A DNA stretch of 64,000 nucleotides from Octopus sinensis (GCF_006345805.1 NC_043003.1:95790001-95854000), one strand, 5' to 3'. Shown: positions 1 through 13,737, counted from the first letter of the stretch. Numbers and translations: made by a program. Notes: a model not told the origin generated them from the sequence alone.

Positions 1-150
1 ACCACATGATTATGGGTTCAATCCTACTGCATGGTACCTTGGCCATGTGTCTTTTACTATAGCCTCAGGCCAATCAAAGCTTGTGGGTGAATTTGGTAGA
101 CGGAAACTGAAAGAAGATTGTTGTGTATATATATATATGTGTGTGTGTGT

Positions 151-196
<46 letters not shown>

Positions 197-410
197 TGCC
201 TGTGTTTGTCCCCCTACCATCACTTGACAACCAATGTTAGTGTATTTATGTCCCCGTAAATGAGCAGTTCGGCAAAAGAGACCAATAGAATAATTACTAG
301 GCTTATAAAGAATAAGTCCTGGGGATGATTTCTTTGAGTAAAATCCTTTAAGGTGGTGCTCCAGCATGGCTACAGTCAAATGCCTGACACAAGTGTAAGA
401 ATAAAAGAAA
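1..410 (+). mobile_element. SINE family A (tRNA head + CORE-like block + central CA/TA microsatellite), 5' end cut by window edge
   Basis: Matches the full-length copies at 19276 and 42707; CORE-like GGCACCTTGGGCAAGTGTCTTCT block. Probably the octopus OR2-type CORE-SINE (inference). Confidence 0.85.
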
Positions 411-454
411 GAATAAAATGAATATATGTGCATGCACACACACACATATTCTTT

Positions 455-832
455 TATTCGTTTCTTTTGCTTGTTTCAGTCATTTGATTGTGGCACTATG
501 TTTAATGAAGCATATCAATCCCAGGACTTATTGCTTGTTGGTCTCTTTTGCCAAACTGCTAAGTTACAGGGATGTAAACACACCAGCATCGGTTGTCAAG
601 CGATGTTGGGGGGGACAAACACAGACACACACACACAGACGCGCGCACACACACACACACCTGTATATATATATATGAAAGGCTTCTTTCAGTTTCCATC
701 AATGAAATCCATTCACAAGGCTTTAGTCAGCCTAAGACTATAGTAAAAGACATTAGCCCAAGGTGCCACACAGTGGAACTGAACCTGGAACCATGTGGTT
801 GGTAAGCAAGCTACTTACCACACAGCCACTCC
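455..832 (-). mobile_element. SINE family A copy
   Basis: Reverse complement of family A, tail-to-tail with the copy at 1-410. Confidence 0.85.
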
Positions 833-849
833 TTTTCCCCTTTTTCATG

Positions 850-917
<68 letters not shown>

Positions 918-1208
918 TCATGCTTTGTTTTTTCCTTAACCTTTGAAACCAGGGCAACCGTTCTGCCACGCCCTGTATATGAACGTATATCAATACAAAA
1001 TATGTTTGGACATGGGCATATAGGCATACATGTATGTGTAAGGCTTTAGTCAGCCTAAGGCTATAGTAAAAGACACTAGCCCAAGGTGCCACACAGTGGA
1101 ACTGAACCTGGAACCATGTGGCTGGTAAGCAAGCTACTTACAACACAGCCACTCCTTTTCCCCTTTTTCATGTATATATATATACATACATATATATATA
1201 TATATATA

Positions 1209-1513
1209 TATCACGTGATCACGTGACCGACCAGTCCTTCAGAAGTAGTTACACATCGCTGGTCACAATGCGTTCGCATTGTTTTAACCTTCGAATGACG
1301 CCACCCCGCTGGCTAAGCGAGCAGGCCAACAGAAGAAAGAGAGGGAGAAAGAGTGGTGAAAGAGTACAGCAGGGATCACCACCCCCTGCTGGAACCTCGT
1401 GGAGCTTTTATGTGTTTTCGCTCAATAAACACTCACAACGCCTGGTCTGGGAATTGAAACCGCGATCCTACGACCGCGAGTCCGCTGCCCTAACCACTTG
1501 GCCATTACGCCTC
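1209..1513 (-). mobile_element. SINE family C, tail type C1
   Basis: tRNA-like head TGGAGGCG(T)AATGGCCAAGTGGTTAGGGCAGCGG (A box/B box). The 3' end GTCACGTGATCACGTGA abuts (TA)n. Near-identical to 40723-41012. Confidence 0.85.
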
Positions 1514-2059
1514 CACACACACACATATATATATAGTCAGCCTACTACAGACCCCTAGCTCCAGCCTCAGCTGGGAACTTGGAATCTAATGGATGCCCAA
1601 TTATAGCACTTACACAACATACCTATTGGCTTAGATCATCAGTGAACTAAACCCCTCATATTCTATGTATATGTGTATATGTGTGTTTGTGTGTGTCTTT
1701 ATAATATACATACATGTACATATCATTGTCATCATGATCATCCTTTATATCTGTTTCTATGCTAGCATAACTGATGATGATGATGGGGTGAAAGGTAGGT
1801 TTGTTCCGTATTTTGCACAGTTTCTACAAATCAATACCTTTCATAGCATTAACTATTTAACTCAGTGTACTAGTTTCTTTTTAGCACAGCATAAAAAAAA
1901 AACAAAGTTTGCACATCTATCTATGAATTTGATCGTCACAAAAAAAAGCTATAGGTATTTTCTCCTGCACACCATAGTATTTAAACAAATTACTATTTAT
2001 TTATTAATCAGTTTTTGCCGCCAAAAGTTATATACATCCATATTAATAAAAAAAAAATG

Positions 2060-2300
2060 AAAGAACTGGCAGAATCATCATTGCTCCAGGCAAAATGCCT
2101 AGCAGCATTATGTAAAGATGAGCAAAATGCACATCTTTACGTTCTGAGTTCAAATTCCACTGAAGTTGATTTTGCCTTTCATCTTTTTTTTTTTGTGGTT
2201 GATTAAATAAGTACCACTTGAGCAGTGGGGATGATGTGATTCATTTACACCCTCCCCAACAAAAAATCACAGGCCATGTACCAGAATTTGAAGCCATTAA
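2060..2300 (+). mobile_element. SINE family B (tRNA head + Nin/Deu-like block), decayed
   Basis: GAGCTGGCAGAATC head and TTTGCCTTTCATC...AAGTACCA block. Probably the OR1-type SINE (inference). Confidence 0.75.
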
Positions 2301-2359
2301 CAATATGAAAGGGAAGATAGCTACATGTTATAAGTTATAAAGTAAAGTTATTTCTGGGG

Positions 2360-2690
2360 GTGGTTCTTCTCTCCCCACCTCCCTCTTCTCCTCCCCACCT
2401 CATACCTCCTCCTCCTCCTCTTCCCTCCACCTCATTCCCCTCCTCCTCACCTCATCCCTTCTTCTCCACCACTTCATTCCTCCCCACCTCCACCTCATCC
2501 CACCCCACCACCACATCATCGCTCGCCACCCCATCCCATCACACCCCAATACCTCATCTCCTCATCAATACCTCATCCTACCCCTATAAACTCATGGTTC
2601 CCTCACCACTACTCTCTCCCCACCACATCATCCCCCTCGCCACCACCTCATCCCCTTCCCCTTTCACCACCACCACCACCACCGTCATCA
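2360..2690. repeat. C/T-rich low-complexity (CCT/CCA) tract
   Basis: Polypyrimidine/CCA runs; the Pro/Ser/Thr-rich ORF is an artefact. Confidence 0.8.
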
Positions 2691-3337
2691 TCATCCATTT
2701 TCCATGTTGGTATGGGTTGGACAGTTTGATAGGATCTGGTGAGCCACAAGGTCACATTGAGCTCAAATGACAGGTTTGACATGGTTTCTAAAGCCAGATG
2801 CACTTCCTGATACCAAACACTTTACAGAGATTACTGTTACCTATTTCATGCTATCAGCACGTGTGAGATCAGTAAGTAACTTGCAAGACAAAGAAATGAA
2901 TAAGAAAAAGGAAAAAAGGACAAAAGAAAAGGCTTCCTCATCTAAAAAGTGAGGAGGTAGGAGTGGGTGGGAGTGGGAGTGGTATTTGATAGTGGAAGGA
3001 GGGGCAGTTGGTTTCTGCCAGGTATTGAGGCCTAAAGTATGATGGAGGGATTTACTCAGGTGGCTTGCTATAAAGAAGATACAAGGCTACCTAGCACTAT
3101 ATAAGCATAGGTGGGAATAACTCAAAAGATAAGCAATATTGGCTTGTTCAATATTGCATAAACCTTTAGTGATAATGCACTGATAACACAGTGTGACATG
3201 ATTTTTGTCCTTGGGTAGCAACTGTTATTTCCTATTTGCAAAGGGTGTACAATTGGTAGAACGTTTTGATATTTTCCAAATGCTATTCTAATAATGACTG
3301 AATTGGTAAGTTTACTAAATCTCTTCAAATTTTTATC

Positions 3338-4492
3338 TTTGTCTTAGTGAAGGCGGATGTATTGTTTTCAGTGGTGTTCGTTTGTCTGTGGACAAGATAT
3401 CTCAACAACCGCTGGATGGATTCAGATGAAACTTTCAGAGATCTTTGGCTTCATGACTGGAACAGTCTCATTAGATTTGGGGGATCTTTTCGGTTTGAAT
3501 GGCAGTTTTTAACATAATTTCTAAGAAGCTAAAAAATTTTTAACTTTGTATACTGGTAGAATGTGTTTATAAAACATCTTTTTCTCTTGGTTTTATTGAG
3601 AAAATTCTATAGTTTATAAGATATTTGTTGTTTTTTACTTCAATTTCTGCAATTTCAACCAATCACTGATGTCCATTGAGGTAAACAACATTCTGTGCCG
3701 TATTGATATGTCCCTCGTTTGAGAAACAGATTGGGTTTATTTACATTTGTGAAGAAAAAAAGATACCCTTCCGTCAACCCTAACCCTAACCCTAAAATAG
3801 ATTGAAATGCAATAGGTCGATACAAGGGTCATAATTATGGGTGACAATTTCATATGACACCGCTAGAAAAAACTGCCGTTCAAACCGAAAAGATCCGATT
3901 TGGGTATTGATCCAATACTGGACAAGGATTCTGGATTATTTTTCCAATTCTTTTTACTTCACATGTATATGGAAAGCTTCACATAGTTCACTTGTACATG
4001 CACACACATACACACATATACTCATACATTTTCAATGTTGGACATTACAATCCCATTTCCATTGTACAGACACGCACACACACGCACACACACACACACA
4101 CACACACATGGACACACATAAATATACCTCTCTTTTACACACACATATACTCAGACTTCAAACGCCATTTATTGGCTTTTTCACTCCTTCCTTCGTTATT
4201 CATCTATCACCTCTTCCTTTCTCATTCATATGATGCTCTCTTTGCCCATTGTCATTAATTTCTTTCACTCCCTCTCAGTCATGGCTATTACTCTCACTAC
4301 TTCCCCTTCACTGTATTAGTATTTCATCTCCTCTCCCTTCACTCAATATATATATACATTTGGATTATTTTTCCATTTGAGAGTGGTTGGGTTCATTTTT
4401 AGTATTTTCATTTGTGAGAGCAGCCTCTGGTTAATTTTTGAGAGGACGTTGGTGTTGCCTTGGCGGAGGTTTGTACTCTCTGAGTGCTTTTG
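3338..4492 (+). mobile_element. Non-autonomous Helentron/HINE-like element with internal (CCCTAA)3 and CA repeats
   Basis: 5' GAAGGCGGATGTATTGTTTTCAG, 3' CCTTGGCGGAGGTTTGTACTCTCTGAGTGC, and AACCCTAACCCTAACCCTAA at 3776-3795. A related fragment lies at about 55390-55600 (minus), with a motif-level match at 61430-61520. Confidence 0.5.
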
Positions 4493-4884
4493 CTTTTATT
4501 ATTTTCAGTATTGACTGAAACACATAGACAATGTTTATCAGGCTGGGCCACTAACAGTAAAATTCTTGCCATCGATGGTGGCTCACCTTACCAAGGTGTT
4601 AGATGATACCTGTGAGGATGTGTGGCTATATCAATGCTTTAACTTTGCCATCGCCCATGGTAATGCAGCAAGTGTTTAAGCTTGCTTCACTAGGTTCTGT
4701 TGGACTTTATGGTGTGTGACCAATTGAAATGTTGAATTAAGGACTTCTTTCTTTTCTTCCTTTAGTCCTTTTTTACCTCTATTTTTCTTCTTTTTATTTT
4801 CTCTTGGCACATGCCTATGTTTTCTTTGCTTTTAGATTTGTATTTTAATGTAGTTTTGTATTATATATATATATCATACAAGTT

Positions 4885-5100
4885 AGCGAGCTGGCAGAGT
4901 CGTTAGCATGCTGGGCAAAATGCTTAGCGGTATTTTGCCCATCACTACATTCTGAGTTCAAATTCCACCAAGGTCGACTTTGCCTTTCATCCTTTTGGGG
5001 GTCAATTAATTAAGGACCAGTGAAACACTGGGGTTGATGTAATCGACTAGTCCATTCCCCCCAAATTTGAAGCTTTATACCTCCAGTAGAAAGGATTATA
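4885..5100 (+). mobile_element. SINE family B copy (tail B2)
   Basis: Family B head and Nin-like block, ending AGAAAGGATTA(TA)n. Confidence 0.85.
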
Positions 5101-5189
5101 TATATATATCATATACATATGGCAGTGCTCTAGCATGGCCACAGTCAAATGACTGAAACAAGTAAAAAAGTAAAAGACTATGTGCTATT

Positions 5190-5540
5190 TAAAAAGTGTA
5201 AAGATCTCCCTTCAGTCGTAAATGACCATGGGTTTGCACCTAGAAAGTTACCCTCTGAGGCACAAGTCTGAGCTGAGCAAGGCTGTTTATGGAAGACCAG
5301 TAGTCACCCATGCATACCATCTTCCACTCTCCATACCACTGATGTTATCCCAGGGAAAGAAAAAGGTCAATACAGCTTGGCACCAGTGACATTACAACTC
5401 ATTTCTACAGCTGAGTGAACTGGAGCAATGTGAAATAAAGTGTCTTGCTCAAGGACACAACACAACCTGGGTTAGGAACTGAACTCACTACTTCATGATT
5501 ATGAGTTCGATATTCTAACCACTGAGCAATATGCCTTCAT
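5190..5540 (-). mobile_element. SINE family D copy
   Basis: Homologous to 8840-9160; tRNA head + CCTTGAGCAAGACAC CORE-like block + CACTCAGCTGTAGAAATGAG. Confidence 0.8.
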
Positions 5541-5579
5541 ATGCTGTATATGTGTAATTATTAAATTATCTCTCTCTCT

Positions 5580-5975
5580 CTTTACTCTTTTACTTGTTTC
5601 AGTCATGTGACTGTGGCCATGCTGGAGCATCGCCTTTAGTCGATCAAATCGACCCCAGGACTTATTGTAAGCCCAGTACTTATTTTATCGGTCTCTTTTT
5701 TGCCGAACCGCTAAGTTACGGGGATGTAAACACACCAGCAATGGTTGTCAAACGATGTTGGGGGGGACAAACACAGACACGCAAACACGCACATACATAT
5801 ATATATTATACATATATACGATGGGCTTCTTTCAGTTTCCGTCTACCAAATCCACTCACAAGGCTTTATTTGTCCCGAGGCTATAGTAGAAGACACTTAC
5901 CCAAGGTGCCACGCAGTGGGACTGAACCCGGAACCATGTGGTTCGTAAGCAAGCTACTTACCCCACAGCCACTCC
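5580..5975 (-). mobile_element. SINE family A copy, near full length
   Basis: High similarity to 19276-19683, CpGs retained. Confidence 0.9.
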
Positions 5976-6291
5976 TACTCCTATCTATATATGTAATTAT
6001 TAGCCTATCAAGATTTTTAATAAATACAAAAAAATCATATGATCATAAAAGTGGCGTAGCTCTTTGTAATGAAGTGACAAGGATTTAGTGAAGGCATGTA
6101 GCCTAGTGGTTAAGGGTATCTGACTCATAATCGTGATGCTGTGAGTTCAATTCCAGGAGTAGGTTGCACATTGTGTCCTTGAGTAAGGTTCTGCAGTTCA
6201 TGTTGCTCCACTTTACTCAGTTGAAAATGTGTACCAGCTGAGTGCATGTGCATCTCTCTCTCTGTCTTTGTCTGTGTGTCTGTCTCTGTCA

Positions 6292-6329
<38 letters not shown>

Positions 6330-6489
6330 GTCTGTCTCTCTCTCTCTCTCCAGAGACATGTATCACTGGGTCAAAATATGGGACAGTCTAGAAAGTGTCA
6401 ATGTCTACTCACAACAACATATGCACGTAAAAGAATTAGCAAGGTACATGTTACAAAGTCATACTTGTTCATGAGTGATGGCTGTGGAG

Positions 6490-6725
6490 GCTTGTGGCTT
6501 AGTGGTTAGGGTGGTGGACTCATGGTTGTAGGATTGTGGTTTCAATTCCTGGCCTGGGTGACACATTGTGTCCTTGAGCAAAACATTTCATTTCATGTTG
6601 CTCCAGTGCACTCGGCTGGCAAAAATGAGTAAACCTGCGATGGACTGGCTTCCCATCCAGTTGGAAAATATATATACAGCATGGAAACCAGGAAACTTGC
6701 CCTTGTGAGTTGGCATGACTCAAGA
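6490..6725 (+). mobile_element. SINE family D head with a V-domain-like tail
   Basis: D head/CORE followed by CTGCGATGGACTGGC(T)TCCCATCCAG, resembling the V-SINE core; the same structure occurs at 32625-32860. Confidence 0.65.
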
Positions 6726-8139
6726 AATTAACTTTTTTTTTTTGTTGTGAGTGATGGCTGGCTCTAACAAGGATGTGAAGAAAATCAAAAGAGTTTTGAG
6801 GAATGAAATCTTCTGTCTCCTTATAAAGCAATGTTATAATCCTTTGAAACACTGGCACTAAATGCAAAGGGACTGCAAATTCTTTTGCAGTTCCAGTCTA
6901 AGTAAAGTTTGCTGGGTGTGCAGTTTTTATTTACCAGATAGGTTAAGCATAAGCATGTTAAGAGAGTAACTGGGTGCTAAAAACAGTGGGGAATTTATGC
7001 TACTAGTTGGTGCTTGCAGGTAGAAATTCAGTATGGAATTTTGTAGGCCATGATAGATAAACAATTTACACCTGCAAAACAAATTCTTCACAGCAAACAA
7101 GATGAGATGTCACATGTACCTGTTGCTATGAAAATTGACTGAAAGATTTCTTCTGAATCTCCACAGCAGGTGAAATTGCTTAGTCACTATAAAGTTTCGT
7201 TGCTATGGGTGGAAGCAACCAACAGCAAACTGTTGAATGAATTTAGGTTTCAATCACACCTAGCAATTCTAGTTCTTGTTTGTCACTAACTGCAGATATC
7301 AACAAAGCTTCACAAAGAAGCACATTGACTGCATTAACTATTAGGAAACCATCTTGATGTGTAATTGTTTTTAGTAATGATAATTTACGTACCAGATCAT
7401 ATAACTTACAACTTTTAATTATTTTCTGTTTCATACTGCTATCAATTGAGAGCCTCCTCAAGTATAATAGATTTACAATATCATATATCTTACAAAACTG
7501 ACAGAATTGTTAGCCCACTAGGCAAAATGCTTAGCAACATTTCATCTGTCTTTACATCCTGAGTTCAAATTCCACGGAGGTCGACTTTGCCTTTCATCGT
7601 TTCAGGGTTGATAAAATAAGTACCAGTTGATCATTGTGGCTGGAGTAATTGACTTACCCGCTCCCCACAAATTGTTGGCCTTCTGCTAAAATTTGAAACC
7701 AATATATAGTTATGTTCCCTTTCATACTGTTATTATTAAAGAACCTTCTCAGAAATAATTTATTTACTCTATGATAAGACGTATGCAGTTATCTTCTCTT
7801 CCATCCTATTATTTATAGAAAACCTCATGATAATGGATTTTCCAGATGTTTCATGTTCAGTAAGAAGCCTCACATTTCCTTGAGCATCATCATGTGCTAA
7901 AACCACATCTTCTTGAAAGACATAGTATGAATATGTAGTGTAATTGAATGATGCTTGCCAAAAGAGAAGCTTCTCCCAAAAAATACAAACACATAAATTT
8001 GTGATTTTTGTTGTTGTTTCATAGCAGAGATAAAACAACAATGACTTGAGAAAGTAGTTAAACATAACTTCATAAGTGTACTATTGCAGGATAGTAATAT
8101 AGGAATAGTAGAATAGATCAATCTAATTCATACTAGATT

Positions 8140-8370
8140 CATCATCATCATCATCATCATCGTTTAACATCTGTTTTCCGTGCTAGCACGGGTTGGACGG
8201 TTCAACCGGGGTCTGGGAAGCCAGGAGGCTGCACCAGGCTCCAGTCTGATCTGGCAGTGTTTCTACAGCTGGATGCCCTTCCTAACGCCAACCACTCTGT
8301 GTGTGTAGTGGGTGCTTTTTACGTGCCAGGGGAGGCTGGCAGTGGCTACGATCGGTTGGTGCTTTTTACA
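8140..8370. mobile_element. Family E repeat ((CAT)n/(GAT)n-ended, probably RTE-related non-autonomous element)
   Basis: CATCATCATCGTTTAAC...TGGATGCCCTTCCTAACGCCAACCAC. Near-identical to 43553-43800. Other copies at about 2690, 8570, 11850, 14560, 18175, 19770, 20405, 22915, 30210, 32185, 33570, 34380, 37140, 38960 and 45835. Confidence 0.7.
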
Positions 8371-8839
8371 AAAAAATGGATGTTAAAAAATAGTAACAAA
8401 ATAGTAGTTTAACCCACCCAATATCTTACCATCTGTGCTAATGGCAAAATTTTTTTAGCATTCCTAAACATAACACTCAGTGATGTCTGTATTGATGTGT
8501 TTAAAAATAAACACATCACAATTTTAGGAAATATTACGTTATCACTTAATAAATTTCATTTGTTTGTTTTCAGTCCATTTTTCCATGCTAGCATGGGTTA
8601 GATGAATGTATTATTGAGATATTGTTTTACAGCTGGATGTCTATCCTGTTCCCAACCTTTATCTGCTTTTCAAGTAGGGATCTCTTATTTCATACATCTT
8701 TGAAGACATGAACCATATGGGTGATATGTTGACAGGAGATGAGACAGCAGCATTCATAGCTCATGATATTCATACAGTGCAAATGTAAACACACACACAA
8801 ACACATGCGTGTGCACACACACATATCTGAGACCCCCTT

Positions 8840-9160
8840 CGGTCACAACACAGACCATGGGATTGCACCTAGAAAGTTACCCTCCCAGGTACAAGTCCGG
8901 GCAAGGTTGTTTATGGAAGACCAGCAGTCACCATGCATACCGGCCTCCCCCTCTCCACGCCACCAGTGTTATCCAAGGGAAAGGCAAAGGCTGATACAGC
9001 TTGGCACCTGTGACATTGCAACTCATTTCTACAGCTGAGTGAACTGGAGCAACATGAAATAAAGTGTCTTGCTCAAGAACGCAACACACAGCCCGATCCG
9101 GGATTCAAGCTCACCTCACGATCGTAAGCTCGACGCTCTAACCACTGAGCCATGTGCCTT
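8840..9160 (-). mobile_element. SINE family D copy, near full length
   Basis: tRNA head GGCGCATGGCTCAGTGGTTAGAGCGTC-like with B box, CORE-like block and D1 tail. Confidence 0.85.
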
Positions 9161-9734
9161 CACATACTCACACATATACACACACACATACACAAACACA
9201 TGCACTCACACACATACATACAAATACATGAACTCAACACATAAACACACACACACACAGACAGAGTCTCACACCCACACACACATGATGGTTTTCTTTT
9301 AGGTTCTGTCTACCTAATACAGTTAGTCCTAAGGCTCAGAGTGCCAGTTACCCATTTATTTCAGATGTATAAGAGACCAAAATCACAATATTTCCTCAGT
9401 ACGGGCAACCGATTCATCACATGATTACTCATTTATAGCCGAGTGGATTTGAACATTTGAAAAAAAGTGTTTCACACAAGAAAACACAGCGTATTGAAAC
9501 CACGACTTTGCAATCACGAGTAAAACACTTTAACCACCAAGCCACAGACCTTCATGCACACACACACACACACAACTGACCAGCAAATATTTGTCTCATT
9601 ACTCTGGATTTCTTTTGAGCCCACATTTTCCCCTACAGATGTTAAAACTAAACGTCAACCACATTAATCTCACCAGTCTATGAATATCTGTGAAGGTTAT
9701 AGACACTACATAATATTATTTTTTAAATTAGGCA

Positions 9735-10370
9735 CAGGTGTGGCTGTATGGTAAGAAGCTTGCTTCCCAACCACATGGTTCTCGGTTCAGTCCCAATGCA
9801 CGACATCATGGGGGGCAAGTGTCTATAATAGAAGTGTCTTCTATTATAGCCTGAGACCAACTAAAACCTTATGGGTGGATTTAGTGGATGTAAACTGAAA
9901 GACGTTCGTCGTATATATATATATATGCATATATAATAATAATAATGAAATTATTGTATACAGTGCCCAGGTGCACCACAACTTGTCAGAAAATGCGTAT
10001 AAAGCATATGCAGTAATGTACAAATGTTTGGAAGGTGAACAGTGTATGAGTCAGATACATGTTTGTGTGTGTATGGAGGGAAGAAAATCAGGTGTAGTGT
10101 TGACGAATCTCAGGAAGCATGGAAGTTTTGAAGGATGCAGTGCTTCGACAACTAACAACTGATGCCGGCAGTTTGTTCCATGCTTCAGCAACTCTCAGCG
10201 GGAAAAAATATCTGTGTTCCCACCCACCCTTTGACAACTGGTACATTCCCGTAACTTAGTGGTAAGGCAGAAGAGACTGGTAGAATAAGTACTAGGCTTT
10301 AAAAAAAGTCCTGGAGACGATTTGTTCGACTAAAAACCCTTCATACAGTGCTCCAGCATGGACACAACCT
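9735..10370 (+). mobile_element. SINE family A copy split by a CR1 fragment in its central microsatellite
   Basis: The 5' half (9735-9925) and 3' half (10213-10370) flank the CR1 3' end. Confidence 0.75.
9935..10210 (-). mobile_element. CR1/L2-clade LINE 3' end with (ATT)n tail
   Basis: The minus strand translates to LRVAEAWNKLPASVVSCRSTASFKTSM, matching the CR1 ORF2 C-terminal RV..WN.LP..VV...S...FK motif. Confidence 0.8.
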
Positions 10371-10669
10371 AATGACGTCCATTACATAAACAAAATAACA
10401 TATTCAAGGGAGAGAACTCTTTAAAAATATCTGAGTTGTTTCACCTCATATTGAGTAGCTCTCCAATTAAAAGGCGTTCCGTCCATGAGTATCCCGCCTC
10501 TTTAAAAGTATCCCGAGCCTTCACTCTTGCTTTGATATGGTGGAATGTGACTTGACGGAGAATTTATTCCAATCTCCAGTTTGTTAAATAATCACATAAG
10601 CTCCGTCATTAACCAGAATATTTGAGTAGCTTATCTTCCTAATTTATACTATGTAAACTCAATATTTTT

Positions 10670-11030
10670 TTACTTGTTTTAGTCATTACACTGCCGCCAT
10701 GCTGGGGCACTGCCTTCAGAAATTTTAGTCAATAAATCGGTCCCAGGACTTATTAATTTTATTAAACCTGTTACTTATTCTATTTTCCTCTTTTGCCAAA
10801 CTGCTAAGTTACTGGATGTAAATGCACCAACACCGAATGTCAAGCAGTTGTGGGGGACAAACACAAGATACAAAGATGCACACACACACACACATACATA
10901 TATATGACAAGCTCCTAGTTTCTGTCTATCAAATTCAGTCACAAGGTTTTGGTCAGACTTAGGCTATAGTAGAAGATACTTGTCCAAGGTGTCATGCAGT
11001 GGACTGAACCCAGATCCATGTGGTTGGGAA
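10670..11030 (-). mobile_element. SINE family A copy, decayed
   Basis: Reverse complement of family A with heavy CpG decay. Confidence 0.75.
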
Positions 11031-11163
11031 GCAAAAATTGCAAAACTATTTAGTTATTATAGCTTGCCAGGTAAAGAAAGAAATTCCAAATGTGCGCAAC
11101 ATCTTGGACCTCTGTCATTGTTCTGTCTCTTGGGTCACATAAACTTCTGCCAATCTCAGTCAT

Positions 11164-11409
11164 AACAAACTGCCGGCATCAGTTGTTAGTTGTCGGAGCA
11201 CTGCATCCTTCACAACTTCCATGCTTTCTGAGATTTGCCAACACTACACCTGATTTTCTCCCCTCCATACACACACAAGCATGTATCTGACTCATACATT
11301 GTTCGCTTTCCAGACATTTGTACATTACTGCATATACTTTATACGCATTTTCTGACAAGTTGTGGTGCACCTGAGCACTGTATACAATTATTTCATTATT
11401 CTTATTATT
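11164..11409 (+). mobile_element. Second copy of the same CR1 3' end, inverted relative to 9935-10210
   Basis: The antisense ORFs 9971-10162 and 11179-11370 differ at only 6 of 63 codons. Confidence 0.85.
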
Positions 11410-12169
11410 TTAACTACTCCTACTCATGATCAGGGATGCACATTCAATCACTAAGAGACACTGAAATGTAATGGAAAATAGGTCAGTTTTAAAACACTGA
11501 TATCCAGGTCATAAAAGCAAAGTTTGAAGGGAATAATAGTCATTGCCTTTGATTTCCAGATAGAAGCAAATAGGAAATAGCACTTACTGACCTAAGACAA
11601 AAGAAATTTTGCTACATAATGTAATTGTTCCTACCTCAGAACATTGGGTACTTCTATCACTCCACTTCTTATCATACATCCTGCTCATCACTATTATTCA
11701 TGCCTGTATCACTCTGTAAACTTATCACTATGTAAAGAGGAAGACAATTGAACAGGAACAAGTTGTAAAGTCCTTTTTGTCATGTGGAGAACATGACTAT
11801 ATTTCTAGAGCTGGTGTCATGAAAAACACCACCTTGTATATACTGTAAACTGGTTGGTGTGAGGAAGGGTACCCAGCCAAACTGAAACATGAGTGAGACA
11901 AGGTTTCTTCCCATCCCCACCATCAACTTGTTTAGGTTAGCAAATCTGTCCAACTCGTACCAGCATAAACAGTTAACATAAAGCAATGATGATGATGATG
12001 TTCAAAATCATCAGTTAAAAGTGGAAAATATGATGCTAAGGGAAATAAAGCAATTAAAAGCAAAAAAATAAAACACGACTCAGTAATAACACAAAAATTT
12101 AATGACATTTTATTTAAGACACAGGAATGATTACAGCTAACCATTATATTTCATACATTCATATACATA

Positions 12170-12176
12170 CATGCAT

Positions 12177-12235
<59 letters not shown>

Positions 12236-12335
12236 GAATATATATATATATATATAAATATATATATGAATATATATATATATATATATATAAATATATA
12301 TATGTGCATATATAACATATATATATATATATATA
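12170..12335. repeat. Interrupted (TA)n microsatellite
   Basis: About 165 bp of TA repeats; similar tracts at 855-915, 13555-13665, 19075-19125, 41015-41090 and 59068-59106. Confidence 0.9.
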
Positions 12336-13559
12336 GCATAATGAAAATACAAACTAGGTAATCTGGCCATAGTAAAACTAAATAGGTATGTAAAACTTCC
12401 AAAGAAGTATTTTGTGTGGGTGTGTGAGGCAATCATTTGTCCAGACCAGATTATCACACTATATAATCATCCATTTAATCCTACCAGAGACTAAGGGTTG
12501 GAATTTCTGAGACACTAAAGAGGTAGATAGACATTTCTGATGAGGAGGAAGAAGAGAGGTAGAAATTCTTGGGTAAGTATTTTCTCCTCTTTATTAATGA
12601 AAAAGATGACACATTTAAAAAAAAAAAAAAAAAAAATTAATAGACACACAACAGACAACAAAATACAACAATATAGTTGGTTTAATTTTTTTTTTTTCCC
12701 TGCAGACTCAAAGAATTCCAGTAGTCATTTCAAGATTAATCCTTAATCACTCTGAAGTAATCTTGAAATAATTCTAGCCAAGGCAATTTGTTAAACTAAA
12801 GAACAGTAAAACATTATGGTTCTTTAACTTAACATTAGCCATATAGGAAGAAACATTTAATTCATAGTTTGTTTTGTTTTGTTTTTGTTTTTTTTTTTAT
12901 TATTTCCATATCTATATTTTATAGAACCATTGATTCCTGAAAATAATGGATCAGAAAATTTAGGGAAATGTACTATAGAAATAAATATGAAACAGATGAT
13001 GATATCTTTTGCCATGGTACAAAGTGTTTTGCTTTTTAAAAGAGAGTATAGTTAGTAGAATCTAAGCTCATAACCATGTCCCACCTCACACCAAGCTGAG
13101 GGAATCAATTCTGGTAAGAATTTATTGAATTCAGAATGGGTATGGGTTCTAGAAACACTGTGAAATTATCAAAAGTTACCACAAATGAAGTTAACTCTCT
13201 CAATTCACAACCAGGATATTTACGAAAGATTAATATTAATGCCAATATCTATTAAGTAATTTTTGTCAGAGAAAGTAATGGGATAAAGAAAATATAGGGA
13301 CAAAGAACTATTTCAAATGATTCAGTAATATGAACTTTTTTTTATTGGCATGGAAGATTTGTTTGGTAAAATACTTTAATGATTTAGGTTATTGATTGTA
13401 CAAAATGAAACCTAATCAGATGATAAATATATATCATTTCTTTTTTCTCCTGAAGATTGTGGATAACACATTACTTTCAAATGAATTATGTATTTTATGC
13501 CATTGAAACAGCTGGAATGGGCAACATATGAACAGTGTGAAATTTATGCTTCTCATTAT

Positions 13560-13609
<50 letters not shown>

Positions 13610-13737
13610 ATTATATATATATATATATATATAATATATATATATATATATAAAATATATATAGAGAGTAGCGAATATTTTCAGAAATTTCACTACCGCT
13701 GGCCTAGCATGTATAAAAAGTCAATAGACAACATATT

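Noticed and set aside
1766-1794. 29-nt plus microexon ITDDDDGVK with an AAG|GTAGGT donor
   Set aside because: The apparent acceptor matches the start of a family E repeat (CATCAT...TTTCTATGCTAGCAT), and the Asp run is a GAT microsatellite.
3776-3795. (CCCTAA)3 as a telomere or fusion scar
   Set aside because: Only three units, internal to a Helentron/HINE-like element where such motifs are common.
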